DNA from: Pseudomonadota bacterium
Lineage (GTDB): Bacteria > Desulfobacterota > Binatia > UBA1149
Length of the DNA stretch: 64,000 bases
Reading direction: 5' to 3'
Assembly (NCBI GenBank): GCA_014382245.1
Contig: JACNKC010000054.1
Coordinates: 631-64,630, forward strand
The position numbers and the translations under genes were made by a program. The notes under the pieces were generated by a model. It did not search any database. It was not told the DNA's origin and was given only the letters and a program-made list of their open reading frames with translations. Below, in pieces: positions 17,911-26,892 of this stretch; position 1 is the first letter of the stretch, and each line of letters begins with the position of its first letter.

Positions 17911-19638
17911 GTGAACTGGTATTCGTTTTCTGGTCTTGGTTTTGGTAGCAGGCTGTCGCCGCGCGTGACGGCAGCCGTGGCGCTGTTTGCGTTACTGGTG
18001 GGAACGGCTGGCTGCGAGTATTTCCTGGGTGCCTTGCTTCAGCGTGCGCCCCGCCTGGCGGGCGCTCCCCTGGTGTACGGGCCGGCCACGGGCGTGGGGC
18101 TTGTGCCGTCTGACGATTCAATCGCTGCGAGCTCGTCGTGGCAGCTCAGTTTCGACATAGGCGCCGGCTGGCTGGAGACCTATCACGCCGAGGCTATCTG
18201 GCCAAACGACTTTGTTTTCAACGGTTTCCTGGCCGTGGGTTCGGTGGGTAGCGTGGTGGGCAGTCACGGTTTCGACTTCGATTTTGACGGCGTGGCTGAT
18301 TACTCGGTCTCGGTGTTGTCTATCGATGACAACAACGCCTGGGTAGACGCCCTGCCCAACGGCATCCAGGACGCCAACGAGCCCACCGTGAGCGTGGGAC
18401 CTTACCCGCCACCGAGACTACCCGGTGAGCCGGCAGACCAGGCAGGTGCCGACGCGCGGAAGCACAGCAGCAGGTTTGCCATCTATACAACGCTTCCGCT
18501 GGGTGGCGACGGCGACGCGAGTACCATAACCGGGTTCGGGCCAATGCGTATTGTTTCAACCATAGGGGCGGGTTTGATCACAAATCCTGCCACGTCGGGA
18601 GACTACAGTGTGTCGGCGTCGTTCTGGTCGGTGGACCCGGACACCGACGGCCCCGACGATGGCCTGGGCGATTCGCCCATATACCTTCCAGGGGGTACGA
18701 CGATCCTTATTTCCGGGCCCATGTGCGGCGACACCGACGGCAGCGGAGACGTTACGGCCAGCGACGCGCTCAGGGCGCTGCAGGCGGCTGTGGGTGTGGG
18801 TAGCTGTGCCCTGGATTTCTGCGATGTGGTCAACGCCGACGGTGATGTTACCGCCTCCGATGCTTTGGCCATACTGCAGAGGGCCGTGGGAATCCCGGTT
18901 GCCATCGCCTGCCTGGCCGACGGATCTTTGACCGGTTGCCAGGCAAGCCTGGTGCCCACCTGCGGCGGCGTGTGTCGTGCAGGAGAGGTCTGCGCCAGTG
19001 ATTTTTTTGATCCGTCGCGCTGCGAGTGCGTGCCTGGCTGCGAGCTCGAAACCTCTCCCGCCTGCGGCGTGGGCGATTGCGCTGTATACCCGGGCACGAC
19101 CTGCCAGCAGCTCACCCTTGCCGTGCCGGCGCTGGGACAACAGGCCGAGTTGTGCGACTGCATAGAACCGGGTTTGCAGGTCTGCGGCGACTCGGCTGGT
19201 TCGGGTTGCGACGGGGCCTGCTCGCCGGGTCGCCTTTGCGGCGACGACGGACAGGGGGGATGCAGCTGCACAGCTTTGCCCGTGCAGGGCGATTGCGCGC
19301 AAGCAACGGCTCCTGCCTGTGGCGGTACCTGTGCGCCGGGGGGGAACGTATGCGAGGACAACGGTTCGGGCTCCTGTGCCTGTGTCAGCGCAACGGGGAA
19401 CGACAGTTGCGAGGAACAGGCCTGGCCGTCCTGTGGTGGAAGCTGTGAAAGCGGCCGCCTCTGTGCCGCCGGCATACTGGGCGACTGCGAATGCGTTAAC
19501 CCCTGCGAACTGGGTGAGGCCCCGGCCTGCGGCGGCTCCTGCCTGCAGGCCGGCGACGAGTGCATGGAAATGACGGGTACGGTGGGTGGTGTGACCTTGA
19601 CCTTCTGCAATTGCCTGGGCCTGGGCCCTGCGCCGTGA
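17911..19638 (+). CDS. Secreted protein with two dockerin-like Ca-binding repeats and a C-terminal array of six cysteine-rich modules
   Basis: GTG start with GGAGG Shine-Dalgarno 5 nt upstream; signal peptide ...AAVALFALLVGTAGC. Two repeats GDTDGSGDVTASDALRALQAAVG and DVVNADGDVTASDALAILQRAVG match the dockerin type I repeat pattern (DxNxDGxVxxxDxxxLxxxLxG). Then six P[AS]CGGxC...C.C modules (about 35-45 aa each, 5-6 Cys each). Confidence 0.7.
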   Translation: MNWYSFSGLGFGSRLSPRVTAAVALFALLVGTAGCEYFLGALLQRAPRLAGAPLVYGPATGVGLVPSDDSIAASSSWQLSFDIGAGWLETYHAEAIWPNDFVFNGFLAVGSVGSVVGSHGFDFDFDGVADYSVSVLSIDDNNAWVDALPNGIQDANEPTVSVGPYPPPRLPGEPADQAGADARKHSSRFAIYTTLPLGGDGDASTITGFGPMRIVSTIGAGLITNPATSGDYSVSASFWSVDPDTDGPDDGLGDSPIYLPGGTTILISGPMCGDTDGSGDVTASDALRALQAAVGVGSCALDFCDVVNADGDVTASDALAILQRAVGIPVAIACLADGSLTGCQASLVPTCGGVCRAGEVCASDFFDPSRCECVPGCELETSPACGVGDCAVYPGTTCQQLTLAVPALGQQAELCDCIEPGLQVCGDSAGSGCDGACSPGRLCGDDGQGGCSCTALPVQGDCAQATAPACGGTCAPGGNVCEDNGSGSCACVSATGNDSCEEQAWPSCGGSCESGRLCAAGILGDCECVNPCELGEAPACGGSCLQAGDECMEMTGTVGGVTLTFCNCLGLGPAP

Positions 19639-19654
19639 CTTACCTGGGAGTGGC

Positions 19655-20062
19655 GTGAGCCCGGCCGTCGCCAAGAGCCAGGCAGCCGCAGAGATTGCGC
19701 GCGACTTTATTGACGCGCTCTCGAGCGGTGATACCGAGCGCATACTGGCCTGTTATACAGACGACGCGACGGTATGGACGGCCGGGTCACTGCCCATATC
19801 GGGCCTGCACGACCTCGACGAGATCAGGGCTCTGTGCGATGGATTGCTGGGGGCCTTTCCCGACGGGCTGAAGTTTACGATTACCGCCATGACGATAGGC
19901 GACGACCGGGTAGCCATAGAAGCCGACGGCCACGGCCTGCACGCAAGCGGGCGCGTTTATGACCAGCGCTACCACTTCCTGCTCGAGTTGCGTGACGGCA
20001 AGGTCGCGCAGATGAAAGAGTACTTTGACACCGAGCTCGCGCGCGAGGTGCTGCTGGGCTGA
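19655..20062 (+). CDS. NTF2-like / SnoaL-like (ketosteroid isomerase-like) domain protein
   Basis: 135 aa; ...ILACYTDDATVWTAG... pattern typical of the SnoaL_2/NTF2 superfamily. Confidence 0.6.
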   Translation: MSPAVAKSQAAAEIARDFIDALSSGDTERILACYTDDATVWTAGSLPISGLHDLDEIRALCDGLLGAFPDGLKFTITAMTIGDDRVAIEADGHGLHASGRVYDQRYHFLLELRDGKVAQMKEYFDTELAREVLLG

Positions 20063-20083
20063 TCTCCAGCCGCGTTCTCGACG

Positions 20084-21412
20084 TCAGCGTCCGGCGGCTA
20101 TGATCGCGCTAAGCGCGAAGAAATCCTCGGTGGTGCCTTCTTTTTCGCCCAGGTTCACGTACCAGCCCTGCTCCTCGGGAAACAGATCACTCGGAAGTGA
20201 GCAGTGGGTGGCGTGCTCCAGTTGCATGTCGACCATGGTGATAGACGGGCGGTAGGCTACCTCCCATTCCGAACCGTAGCGCGCTCCGGGTCGTGGGTGG
20301 GTGGCGAACTTGTAGTTGTTGACCCACATCTTCCACAGCTCACCGGCGTGGTCGTACATCTCGGTGTAGGGGATGCGATGCACCTCCTTGTCGATGTAGA
20401 TGATCCGCTTGGAGTAGGCGTACTGCGGCAGCTTGGACTTGCCGGCCACTATCCACACGTTGCGGGGTTCCCACTTGTCGTCGTGCATGAAATCGGCCGA
20501 AGGAGCCGCCCACTTCACGGGCAGGTGTTCGGCGTTCATGGTGCCGAGGATGGTTTTCTCGCCGAGGAATTTCCATTCCATCCACGCCGGGTTGCCCTGG
20601 TAACCCTCGTAGCTGTCGGCGTCGGTGTCCTGGCCGAAGAGCGCGTCGCTGCGCTGGGCCGACGATAGTCGGCGCACTCTCCTCAGGGCGGGCAAGTACA
20701 GCCAGGAGTTGTCGTGCTTGGTATGGTCGAGGTGGCGCACCATGGTGAAGCCTACGCCCTTGAGATCGAAGGGTTCGATCAACGGATACAGGGCTTCCTT
20801 GAAGCGCGCCTGGTCAATGTTTTCCTCGAAGGCGGGTATGGGCTCAACCTCGGTTCGTTCGATCATGTAAAGGCGGCGTATGTGGTCTATGAGAAAGTGC
20901 CGTTCCACTGTCAGGCGATCGCCCCTGCTGCCCACCGCACCCGTGTCGCAGTCAAAGTTTCGAATGTCCGAATCGTCGGGTGCGATGGCGGCATTGAAGT
21001 TGAAGATCAGCTTGGTGGCTATCATCGGATCGTTGGCGTCCACCGTGGGAAACGGTAGTCCGGCTACGTGATCGATCATGTGGGTGCCGTCCTCGGAAAG
21101 CTTGACCTGGCCGGAGTACTTTTCGGTGGCGGCTATGAAAGGGGGCGTGTGCGAGAGCCGACGGTGTTCAGAAACCTTGATTTCCAGGCCGCGGTCGATG
21201 ACCCACAGCATTCCCGGGCCGAAGAATTCTTTCCATTCGGTGACGTTGACGCCGTCGATCTTTGTCCCTGGCGGTGGCGGATCTACAGCCGCCGCCGGGG
21301 CGGGCAAGACCGCGCAGGCAGCAAGCAGCATTGCGGTAGCCAGGGCCGGCCTCCAACCCGCCTTGCAGGAGCTGATGCGTAGGGTGCCAGGCTCAGACCG
21401 ATGGATTTTCAT
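20084..21412 (-). CDS. DUF1329 family protein (LolA-like, periplasmic/outer-membrane associated), signal-peptide bearing
   Basis: 442 aa from ATG 21412 (MKIHRSEPGTLRISSCKAGWRPALATAMLLAACAVLPAPAAA). Family assignment from memory of DUF1329 architecture; moderate certainty. Confidence 0.55.
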   Translation of the reverse strand: MKIHRSEPGTLRISSCKAGWRPALATAMLLAACAVLPAPAAAVDPPPPGTKIDGVNVTEWKEFFGPGMLWVIDRGLEIKVSEHRRLSHTPPFIAATEKYSGQVKLSEDGTHMIDHVAGLPFPTVDANDPMIATKLIFNFNAAIAPDDSDIRNFDCDTGAVGSRGDRLTVERHFLIDHIRRLYMIERTEVEPIPAFEENIDQARFKEALYPLIEPFDLKGVGFTMVRHLDHTKHDNSWLYLPALRRVRRLSSAQRSDALFGQDTDADSYEGYQGNPAWMEWKFLGEKTILGTMNAEHLPVKWAAPSADFMHDDKWEPRNVWIVAGKSKLPQYAYSKRIIYIDKEVHRIPYTEMYDHAGELWKMWVNNYKFATHPRPGARYGSEWEVAYRPSITMVDMQLEHATHCSLPSDLFPEEQGWYVNLGEKEGTTEDFFALSAIIAAGR

Positions 21413-21518
21413 GCTTTCTCTCCCGTGGGCCGGGTGCGGCGCTGCCCGATGATTGCCCAGCCGGGGGCTGGGTGCAAGGCCTGTTTCCCTAAGGCCTGCG
21501 CTCGTGGGAGACAGGAGC

Positions 21519-22655
21519 ATGGAAAACCAGACCCTCGCGCCCTTGTCGCAGGCGGCATGGAAACAATTGGTCGAGTTGCTGGCGGGTGGAGAAGAGAGTT
21601 TCCTGGCTCCCCACCGCGGGGTGAAGCTCGAGCACGACCAGGCCTCGGGCTACCGCTCGCTGATCCACCTGCTCGGCTACGCCGTTGACCTCTACATGGA
21701 CAACGACCCGCTGCGGCCCACGCTGGTGCAGCTGGCCTCGCCGGTGCGCAAGATGCTGGGCGACAACGTCGATTCGCACTATCATTTTACCCAGCTCGAC
21801 CCCACGCGCAGCTACCGGTTGTACGGGCGCAAGGGCAATCACTGTTACCTGGGCTTCTGCGTTTACGCCGGCCCGCGCGACGGCTCATGGTCGGATCGTA
21901 TCGCCGCCAATATGTCGCACAGGGACATCGAGTTTGAAGACAACGGTGCCTTCGAGTTGTCGCTCGTGCCCGCGGCGTCGCTGCCTGGCACTGGCGATAA
22001 CGGCCCCTCCAGAAATGATGCGAAGAACGTAATCCTCCTCGACGAGGACGTGAGCTGTCTCATCGTGCGCCAGTATTTTTTTGACCGCGACGAGGCCGAG
22101 CCGGCCGAGCTCGAGATAGAGATGACCGAGGACATCGGCCCTCCCGCCCCGCTGTCGGACCAGGAGATGGCCGACCGTTTGCGCGCGGCGACGCGTTTTG
22201 TCGAGCAGACGATGGGTGCGGTGCCCATGCCCGATCTTGGCGAGGCCAACGACTTCCTGGGCTTTATAGAGTTTGACAAGAACGCCAGTGGCTGGGGCAC
22301 GACCGATAACGTGTACGCGCTGGGCAACTACAGCCTGGCCGACGACGAGGCGCTGGTCGTGGAGGGCCACCCGCAGCCCTGCTGTTACTTCGGCCTGCAG
22401 TTGTGGAACCGCTACATGCAGTCGCTCGATTACCGCTACCAGCGCGTGGCCATCAACGGTGAGCAGCTCGAGTTCGAGGACGACGGCAGCTTCCGCGTGG
22501 TCATAAGCGCCGTCGATCCAGGCCTACCCAACTGGATTAGCACCGCCGGCCACCCCGAGGGCGTGTTTTTCTGTCGATGGCTGCTCGCCGACGGAGATCT
22601 CGATATGCCCAGCTGCAGCGTGGTGCCGGTCGACAGCCTCCGCCCTGGCGGCTGA
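21519..22655 (+). CDS. Conserved hypothetical protein (possibly DUF1214/DUF1254-like), divergent from the DUF1329 gene
   Basis: 378 aa from MENQTLAPLSQAAW...; long clean ORF with good codon usage. Family call uncertain. Confidence 0.55.
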   Translation: MENQTLAPLSQAAWKQLVELLAGGEESFLAPHRGVKLEHDQASGYRSLIHLLGYAVDLYMDNDPLRPTLVQLASPVRKMLGDNVDSHYHFTQLDPTRSYRLYGRKGNHCYLGFCVYAGPRDGSWSDRIAANMSHRDIEFEDNGAFELSLVPAASLPGTGDNGPSRNDAKNVILLDEDVSCLIVRQYFFDRDEAEPAELEIEMTEDIGPPAPLSDQEMADRLRAATRFVEQTMGAVPMPDLGEANDFLGFIEFDKNASGWGTTDNVYALGNYSLADDEALVVEGHPQPCCYFGLQLWNRYMQSLDYRYQRVAINGEQLEFEDDGSFRVVISAVDPGLPNWISTAGHPEGVFFCRWLLADGDLDMPSCSVVPVDSLRPGG

Positions 22656-22697
22656 CACTCTGTGGCATCAGGCCCTGCGGGCGGGCATACTGCTGCG

Positions 22698-24437
22698 ATG
22701 CACGACCTGGTGATTCGCAATGCGACCGTAGTGGATGGAACCGGCCGCGAGCGCTTTGAAGGCGATGTGGCCATAGACGGCGGACACGTGGCCGAGCTGG
22801 GCCAGGTGGCGGGCAAGGGTGAAGAGGAGATCGACGCCTCGGGCCTGCTGGCGATGCCCGGCTGGGTGGACGTGCACACGCACTACGACGGCCAGGTCAC
22901 CTGGGATCCGCTGCTGACGCCTTCGTTCTGGCACGGGGTAACGACCGTGGTCATGGGTAACTGCGGAGTTGGCTTTGCGCCGGCCGCTCCGGGGCAGCGC
23001 GAGTGGCTGGTCGGCCTGATGGAGGGCGTCGAAGATATTCCCGGTACCGCGCTCAACGAGGGCATACGCTGGGACTGGGAGAGTTTTCCGGAGTACCTCG
23101 ACGCGCTCGAACGCTGTCCGCACGCCATCGACGTGGCCGCGCACATTGCCCACGGTCCGGTCCGGGCCTACGTCATGGGCGAGCGCGGTGCGAGCAACGA
23201 GCCGGCCTCCGCCGAAGACATAGCCAGGATGGCCGAGCTGGTGGGCGAGGCCATGCGCGCGGGCGCCCTGGGTTTCTCGTCCTCTCGTACGCTGCTGCAC
23301 GTGGCCATCGATGGCGAGCCGGTACCCGGCACCTTTGCCGCCGAGGACGAGTTGATGGCCTTCGCGCGGGTGCTGGGCGAACACGGCAGCGGCATTTTTG
23401 AGGTCGCGCCGGCGGGCGTGTCGGGCGAGGACCTCGCTGCCCCCGAAAAAGAGATAGCGTGGATGCAGAGGGTATCGGCGGCCACCGGCTGTCCGATCAC
23501 TTTTCTGCTGGGGCAGAACACTCTCGAGCCCGACGCGTGGCGGCGCATGCTGCAATTGTGCGAGCAGGCCGACGCCGAAGGCGCGCGCGTGTACCCGCAG
23601 GTGTTCGGGAGACCGACCAACCTGCTGTTCAGTTTCGAAGGCGTGAGCCCCTTCGCGCGCTACCCGAGTTTCGAGCCGCTTATGAACATGACTCCAGAAG
23701 AGCGCATGCCGTTTCTTCGCGACCCGTCGTTTCGCGCCAGGGTGTTGTCGGAGTGCGATCCCAACGACGACGTCTTCGCCATGATGATGAAAGACCCGTG
23801 GCATCAGTCCTTCGAGCTTGGCGACCCACCCGACTACGAGCCCGACGCTTCGTGCTCGCTGGCGGCGCGTGCGGCGCGTGACGGTGTCGATCCGCGCGAA
23901 CTGGCCTGGGACATAATGCTGGGCGACGAGGGGCGCGCAGTGGTGTTGTGGGCCCTGCTCGGTTACGCCGACGGCGACCTCGAGCCGGTGCGTCATATGC
24001 TCGAGCACCCCTTGTCGGCCGTTGGCGGAAGCGACGGTGGAGCCCACTGCCGCATGATATGTGACAGCAGCGTGCCGACCTTCCTGCTCACCCACTGGAC
24101 CCGCGACCGCAGCCGTGGGCCGCGCTTGTCGCTGGAGTCACTGGTCAAGAAACAGAGCCGCGACACGGCGCGCTTGTACGGCCTCGATGACAGGGGAGAG
24201 ATCACGCCCGGGCAGAAGGCTGACATCAACCTGGTCGATTACGACGCCTTGTCGGTCGGCGTGCCGCGCATGGTGTATGACCTGCCCGGTGGCGCGCCGC
24301 GCTTCATGCAGAAGGCGCTTGGCTACAAGGCCACGCTCGTGGCTGGACAGGTGGTGCAGCGCGACGGCGAAGACAGCGGAGCACGACCGGGTCGCGTGGT
24401 CAGGGGCCCCCAGCCGGCGTACCAAGCAGGGCTGTAA
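22698..24437 (+). CDS. N-acyl-D-amino-acid deacylase (D-aminoacylase) family amidohydrolase
   Basis: MHDLVIRNATVVDGTG...GWVDVHTHYDGQ...VTTVVMGNCGVGFAP metal-dependent amidohydrolase motifs; about 580 aa, typical of D-aminoacylases. Confidence 0.85.
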   Translation: MHDLVIRNATVVDGTGRERFEGDVAIDGGHVAELGQVAGKGEEEIDASGLLAMPGWVDVHTHYDGQVTWDPLLTPSFWHGVTTVVMGNCGVGFAPAAPGQREWLVGLMEGVEDIPGTALNEGIRWDWESFPEYLDALERCPHAIDVAAHIAHGPVRAYVMGERGASNEPASAEDIARMAELVGEAMRAGALGFSSSRTLLHVAIDGEPVPGTFAAEDELMAFARVLGEHGSGIFEVAPAGVSGEDLAAPEKEIAWMQRVSAATGCPITFLLGQNTLEPDAWRRMLQLCEQADAEGARVYPQVFGRPTNLLFSFEGVSPFARYPSFEPLMNMTPEERMPFLRDPSFRARVLSECDPNDDVFAMMMKDPWHQSFELGDPPDYEPDASCSLAARAARDGVDPRELAWDIMLGDEGRAVVLWALLGYADGDLEPVRHMLEHPLSAVGGSDGGAHCRMICDSSVPTFLLTHWTRDRSRGPRLSLESLVKKQSRDTARLYGLDDRGEITPGQKADINLVDYDALSVGVPRMVYDLPGGAPRFMQKALGYKATLVAGQVVQRDGEDSGARPGRVVRGPQPAYQAGL

Positions 24438-25584
24438 CAACGGCTTCGGCCACGCGCGCTTGCTCGTCATCGCCGAGGTAGGCCGAGATGGGCAGGCTCA
24501 GCACCTCGCTGCAGGCCTGTTCAGTTGTTGTCAGCGCTACCGGCGCGGCCGAGTTGTCGGCAAACGCTGGTTGCTTGCTCAGGGGCTCAGGGTAGTAGAC
24601 CCCGCTCGCGATTCCCTGCTCGGCCAGGGCTGCGCGCAGCTGGTCCCGTCGCTGGGCGGCCACCCGAAGCGTGTACTGCGCCCAGACCGGCAGCGAGCCG
24701 GGTGCGGTCGTGGGCAGGATGATGGCCGGAAGCGGGCTCGCCTCGGCCGCCGCGGCGAGCAGTTGCCCGTAACGCTCGGCGAGTTCGCGGCGGCGGTTAA
24801 GTTCTTGTTCAAACAACGGCAACCTGGCCAGTAGTACGGCCGCCTGCATGGTGTCCATGCGCGCGTTCAGGCCCACGCGCAGGTTGCGGTAGCGGTCGCC
24901 GCCCTGGCCGTGTTCGCGTATGGACCTGAGCAGGTCAGCGGTATCGCTGTTGCCCGTGAAGACCATGCCACCGTCACCCCAGCAGCCCAGCGGCTTGGCC
25001 GGAAAGAAACTCGTGGCGGCGTCAACACCAAGGCCGCCCGCCTTGCGCCTGCTGCGCGAAGCCCCCATCGACTGGGCGGCGTCCTCGAGCAGCAGAAGTT
25101 CGTGCCGGTCGCACAACTGCCCCAGCGCCTCGTAGTCGGCCAGGTGACCGAACAGGTCCACGGCGATGACGGCCCGCGGAGTGGCCTGCGCAGTTTTTGC
25201 CGTGGCGGCAATGGCGGCGGACAGCGAGTCGGCGCTCATGTTCATGGTGGCGGCGTCAATGTCGACAAACACCGGCGTGGCACCGGCCAGCGCCACCGCG
25301 CCCGCGGTGGCGGCAAAGGTAAAGGCGGGCACGAACACCGCGTCGCCCGGCCCTACGCCGTGGGCCATCAGCAGCATCAGCAGCGCGTCGGTTCCCGACG
25401 AGCAGGCCACCGCGTGGTGGGCGCCGGTAAACTCGGCCAGAGCGGCTTCGAGCTCGGCTACTTCGGGCCCGTTGATGTAGCGGCCCGACGCCATCACGCG
25501 CTCGAGACGCGGTTGAACCAGGGGCCGCAGCACCGCGTCCTGCGCGGCAATATTCATCATCGCTATGTTCGGGTTGTCAGCCAT
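24400..25584 (-). CDS. DegT/DnrJ/EryC1/StrS family aminotransferase (PLP-dependent)
   Basis: ...ASGRYINGPEVAELEAALAEFTGAHHAVACSSGTDALLMLLMAHGVGPGDAVFVPAFTFAATA... hallmark of DegT sugar aminotransferases. Convergent 38-nt overlap with the D-aminoacylase 3' end. Confidence 0.9.
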   Translation of the reverse strand: MADNPNIAMMNIAAQDAVLRPLVQPRLERVMASGRYINGPEVAELEAALAEFTGAHHAVACSSGTDALLMLLMAHGVGPGDAVFVPAFTFAATAGAVALAGATPVFVDIDAATMNMSADSLSAAIAATAKTAQATPRAVIAVDLFGHLADYEALGQLCDRHELLLLEDAAQSMGASRSRRKAGGLGVDAATSFFPAKPLGCWGDGGMVFTGNSDTADLLRSIREHGQGGDRYRNLRVGLNARMDTMQAAVLLARLPLFEQELNRRRELAERYGQLLAAAAEASPLPAIILPTTAPGSLPVWAQYTLRVAAQRRDQLRAALAEQGIASGVYYPEPLSKQPAFADNSAAPVALTTTEQACSEVLSLPISAYLGDDEQARVAEAVVTALLGTPAGGP

Positions 25585-25634
25585 GGGGACGCTTCCTTTC
25601 TACAGGGGCGGCGAGGGGCTAGAAATGCCACATT

Positions 25635-26096
25635 ATGACGCAATTTGACAGAGAAGAAGTGCAAGCCGCCTTCGCAGCCCGCCTCGAGATACAGGAACGT
25701 GACGACTGGGCTGCCTTCGCCGATACCTTTACCGACGATGCCGTCTACGTGGAACACCACGAGGGTACCTTCCGCGGCCACGCCGCGATAAAGGAATGGC
25801 TGGTGCCGGTCATGAAGCTCTGCGAAGGCTGGACCTATCCCAACGAGTGGGTGGTCGTTGAAGGCAACCGCGTGATCTACAAGTGGTTGAATCGCCTGCC
25901 GGGCAAGCGAAGCGACGGCAGCTACTACGAGTTTGCCGGCATCTCGGTGTCCGAGTACGCGGGCGACGGCAAGTTTAATTTCCAGGAAGATCTCTACAAC
26001 TGGGAAGAAACCATGGCCGTGATGAAGCAGTGGAGCGAGGACAACAAGGCTGCTGGCAGCGCTGTTGACGGCAACGACGCCGCTGGCAGGGACTAG
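25635..26096 (+). CDS. NTF2-like / SnoaL-like domain protein
   Basis: 153 aa; DDWAAFADTFTDDAVYVEHHEGTFRGHAAIKEW pattern of SnoaL-like polyketide cyclase/limonene epoxide hydrolase-like fold. Confidence 0.65.
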   Translation: MTQFDREEVQAAFAARLEIQERDDWAAFADTFTDDAVYVEHHEGTFRGHAAIKEWLVPVMKLCEGWTYPNEWVVVEGNRVIYKWLNRLPGKRSDGSYYEFAGISVSEYAGDGKFNFQEDLYNWEETMAVMKQWSEDNKAAGSAVDGNDAAGRD

Positions 26097-26100
26097 CTTC

Positions 26101-26886
26101 GTGAGCGCGGGGCCACTCGAGGGGCGGCGCGCGCTGGTGACCGGTGCGGCGTCTGGCATAGGCGAGGCGACAGCCCGCCTGCTCGTTGCCCAGGGCGCGC
26201 GCGTAGCGCTGCTCGACCGCGACGGTGAGCGGCTTGTCGCCGTGGGCAAAAGCCTCGACTCGCTGGCTCTTGAAGCCGACGTGTGCGACGAGCAGGCCGT
26301 CGAGCGAGCGGTCGGCGAGGCCAGCGAGGCGCTGGGCGGCCTCGACCTGCTGGTAAACAACGCCGGCGCCGGCAAGCTGGCGCGCTTTGAAGATCACGCG
26401 GCCGATGACTGGCAGCGCGTGCTGTCGGTCAACCTTGCGGCCGTTGCTACCGTCACGCGCGCGGCGTTGCCCGCGCTTCGAGCCGCCGGCCCCGGGTCGG
26501 CAATCGTAAACAACGCGTCGGGCAGCGCTCCGAGGCCAACCCGCGGCGAGTCGGCCTACTCGGCGGCCAAGGCCGGCGTGGTGGCGCTTACCCAGGCCCT
26601 GGCCCAGGAACTCGCGCCCGACATCCGCGTGAACTGCGTGTCGCCTGGCGTTATCCGCACGGCCATGACCGAGCCGCTGTTCCAGATCGAGGGGCTGCTC
26701 GAGCCCGTCAACGAAGCCACGCCGCTGGGCCGCGCGGGCACGGCCGAGGAAGTGGCGGCGGTCATCGCCTTCCTCGCCGGCCCGGGTGCGGCTTTCGTCA
26801 CCGGCCAGAACCTGGTCATCGACGGCGGCATGTCGCTGCCCCAGGCCGGCATTGACCAGCTGCTCAAGGGCGTGGTCGGAGGCTGA
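26101..26886 (+). CDS. SDR family oxidoreductase
   Basis: GTG start giving MSAGPLEGRRALVTGAASGIGEA; NNAG; YSAAK. The upstream ATG at 26065 would overlap the previous gene. Confidence 0.85.
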   Translation: MSAGPLEGRRALVTGAASGIGEATARLLVAQGARVALLDRDGERLVAVGKSLDSLALEADVCDEQAVERAVGEASEALGGLDLLVNNAGAGKLARFEDHAADDWQRVLSVNLAAVATVTRAALPALRAAGPGSAIVNNASGSAPRPTRGESAYSAAKAGVVALTQALAQELAPDIRVNCVSPGVIRTAMTEPLFQIEGLLEPVNEATPLGRAGTAEEVAAVIAFLAGPGAAFVTGQNLVIDGGMSLPQAGIDQLLKGVVGG

Positions 26887-26892
26887 CGCCGC

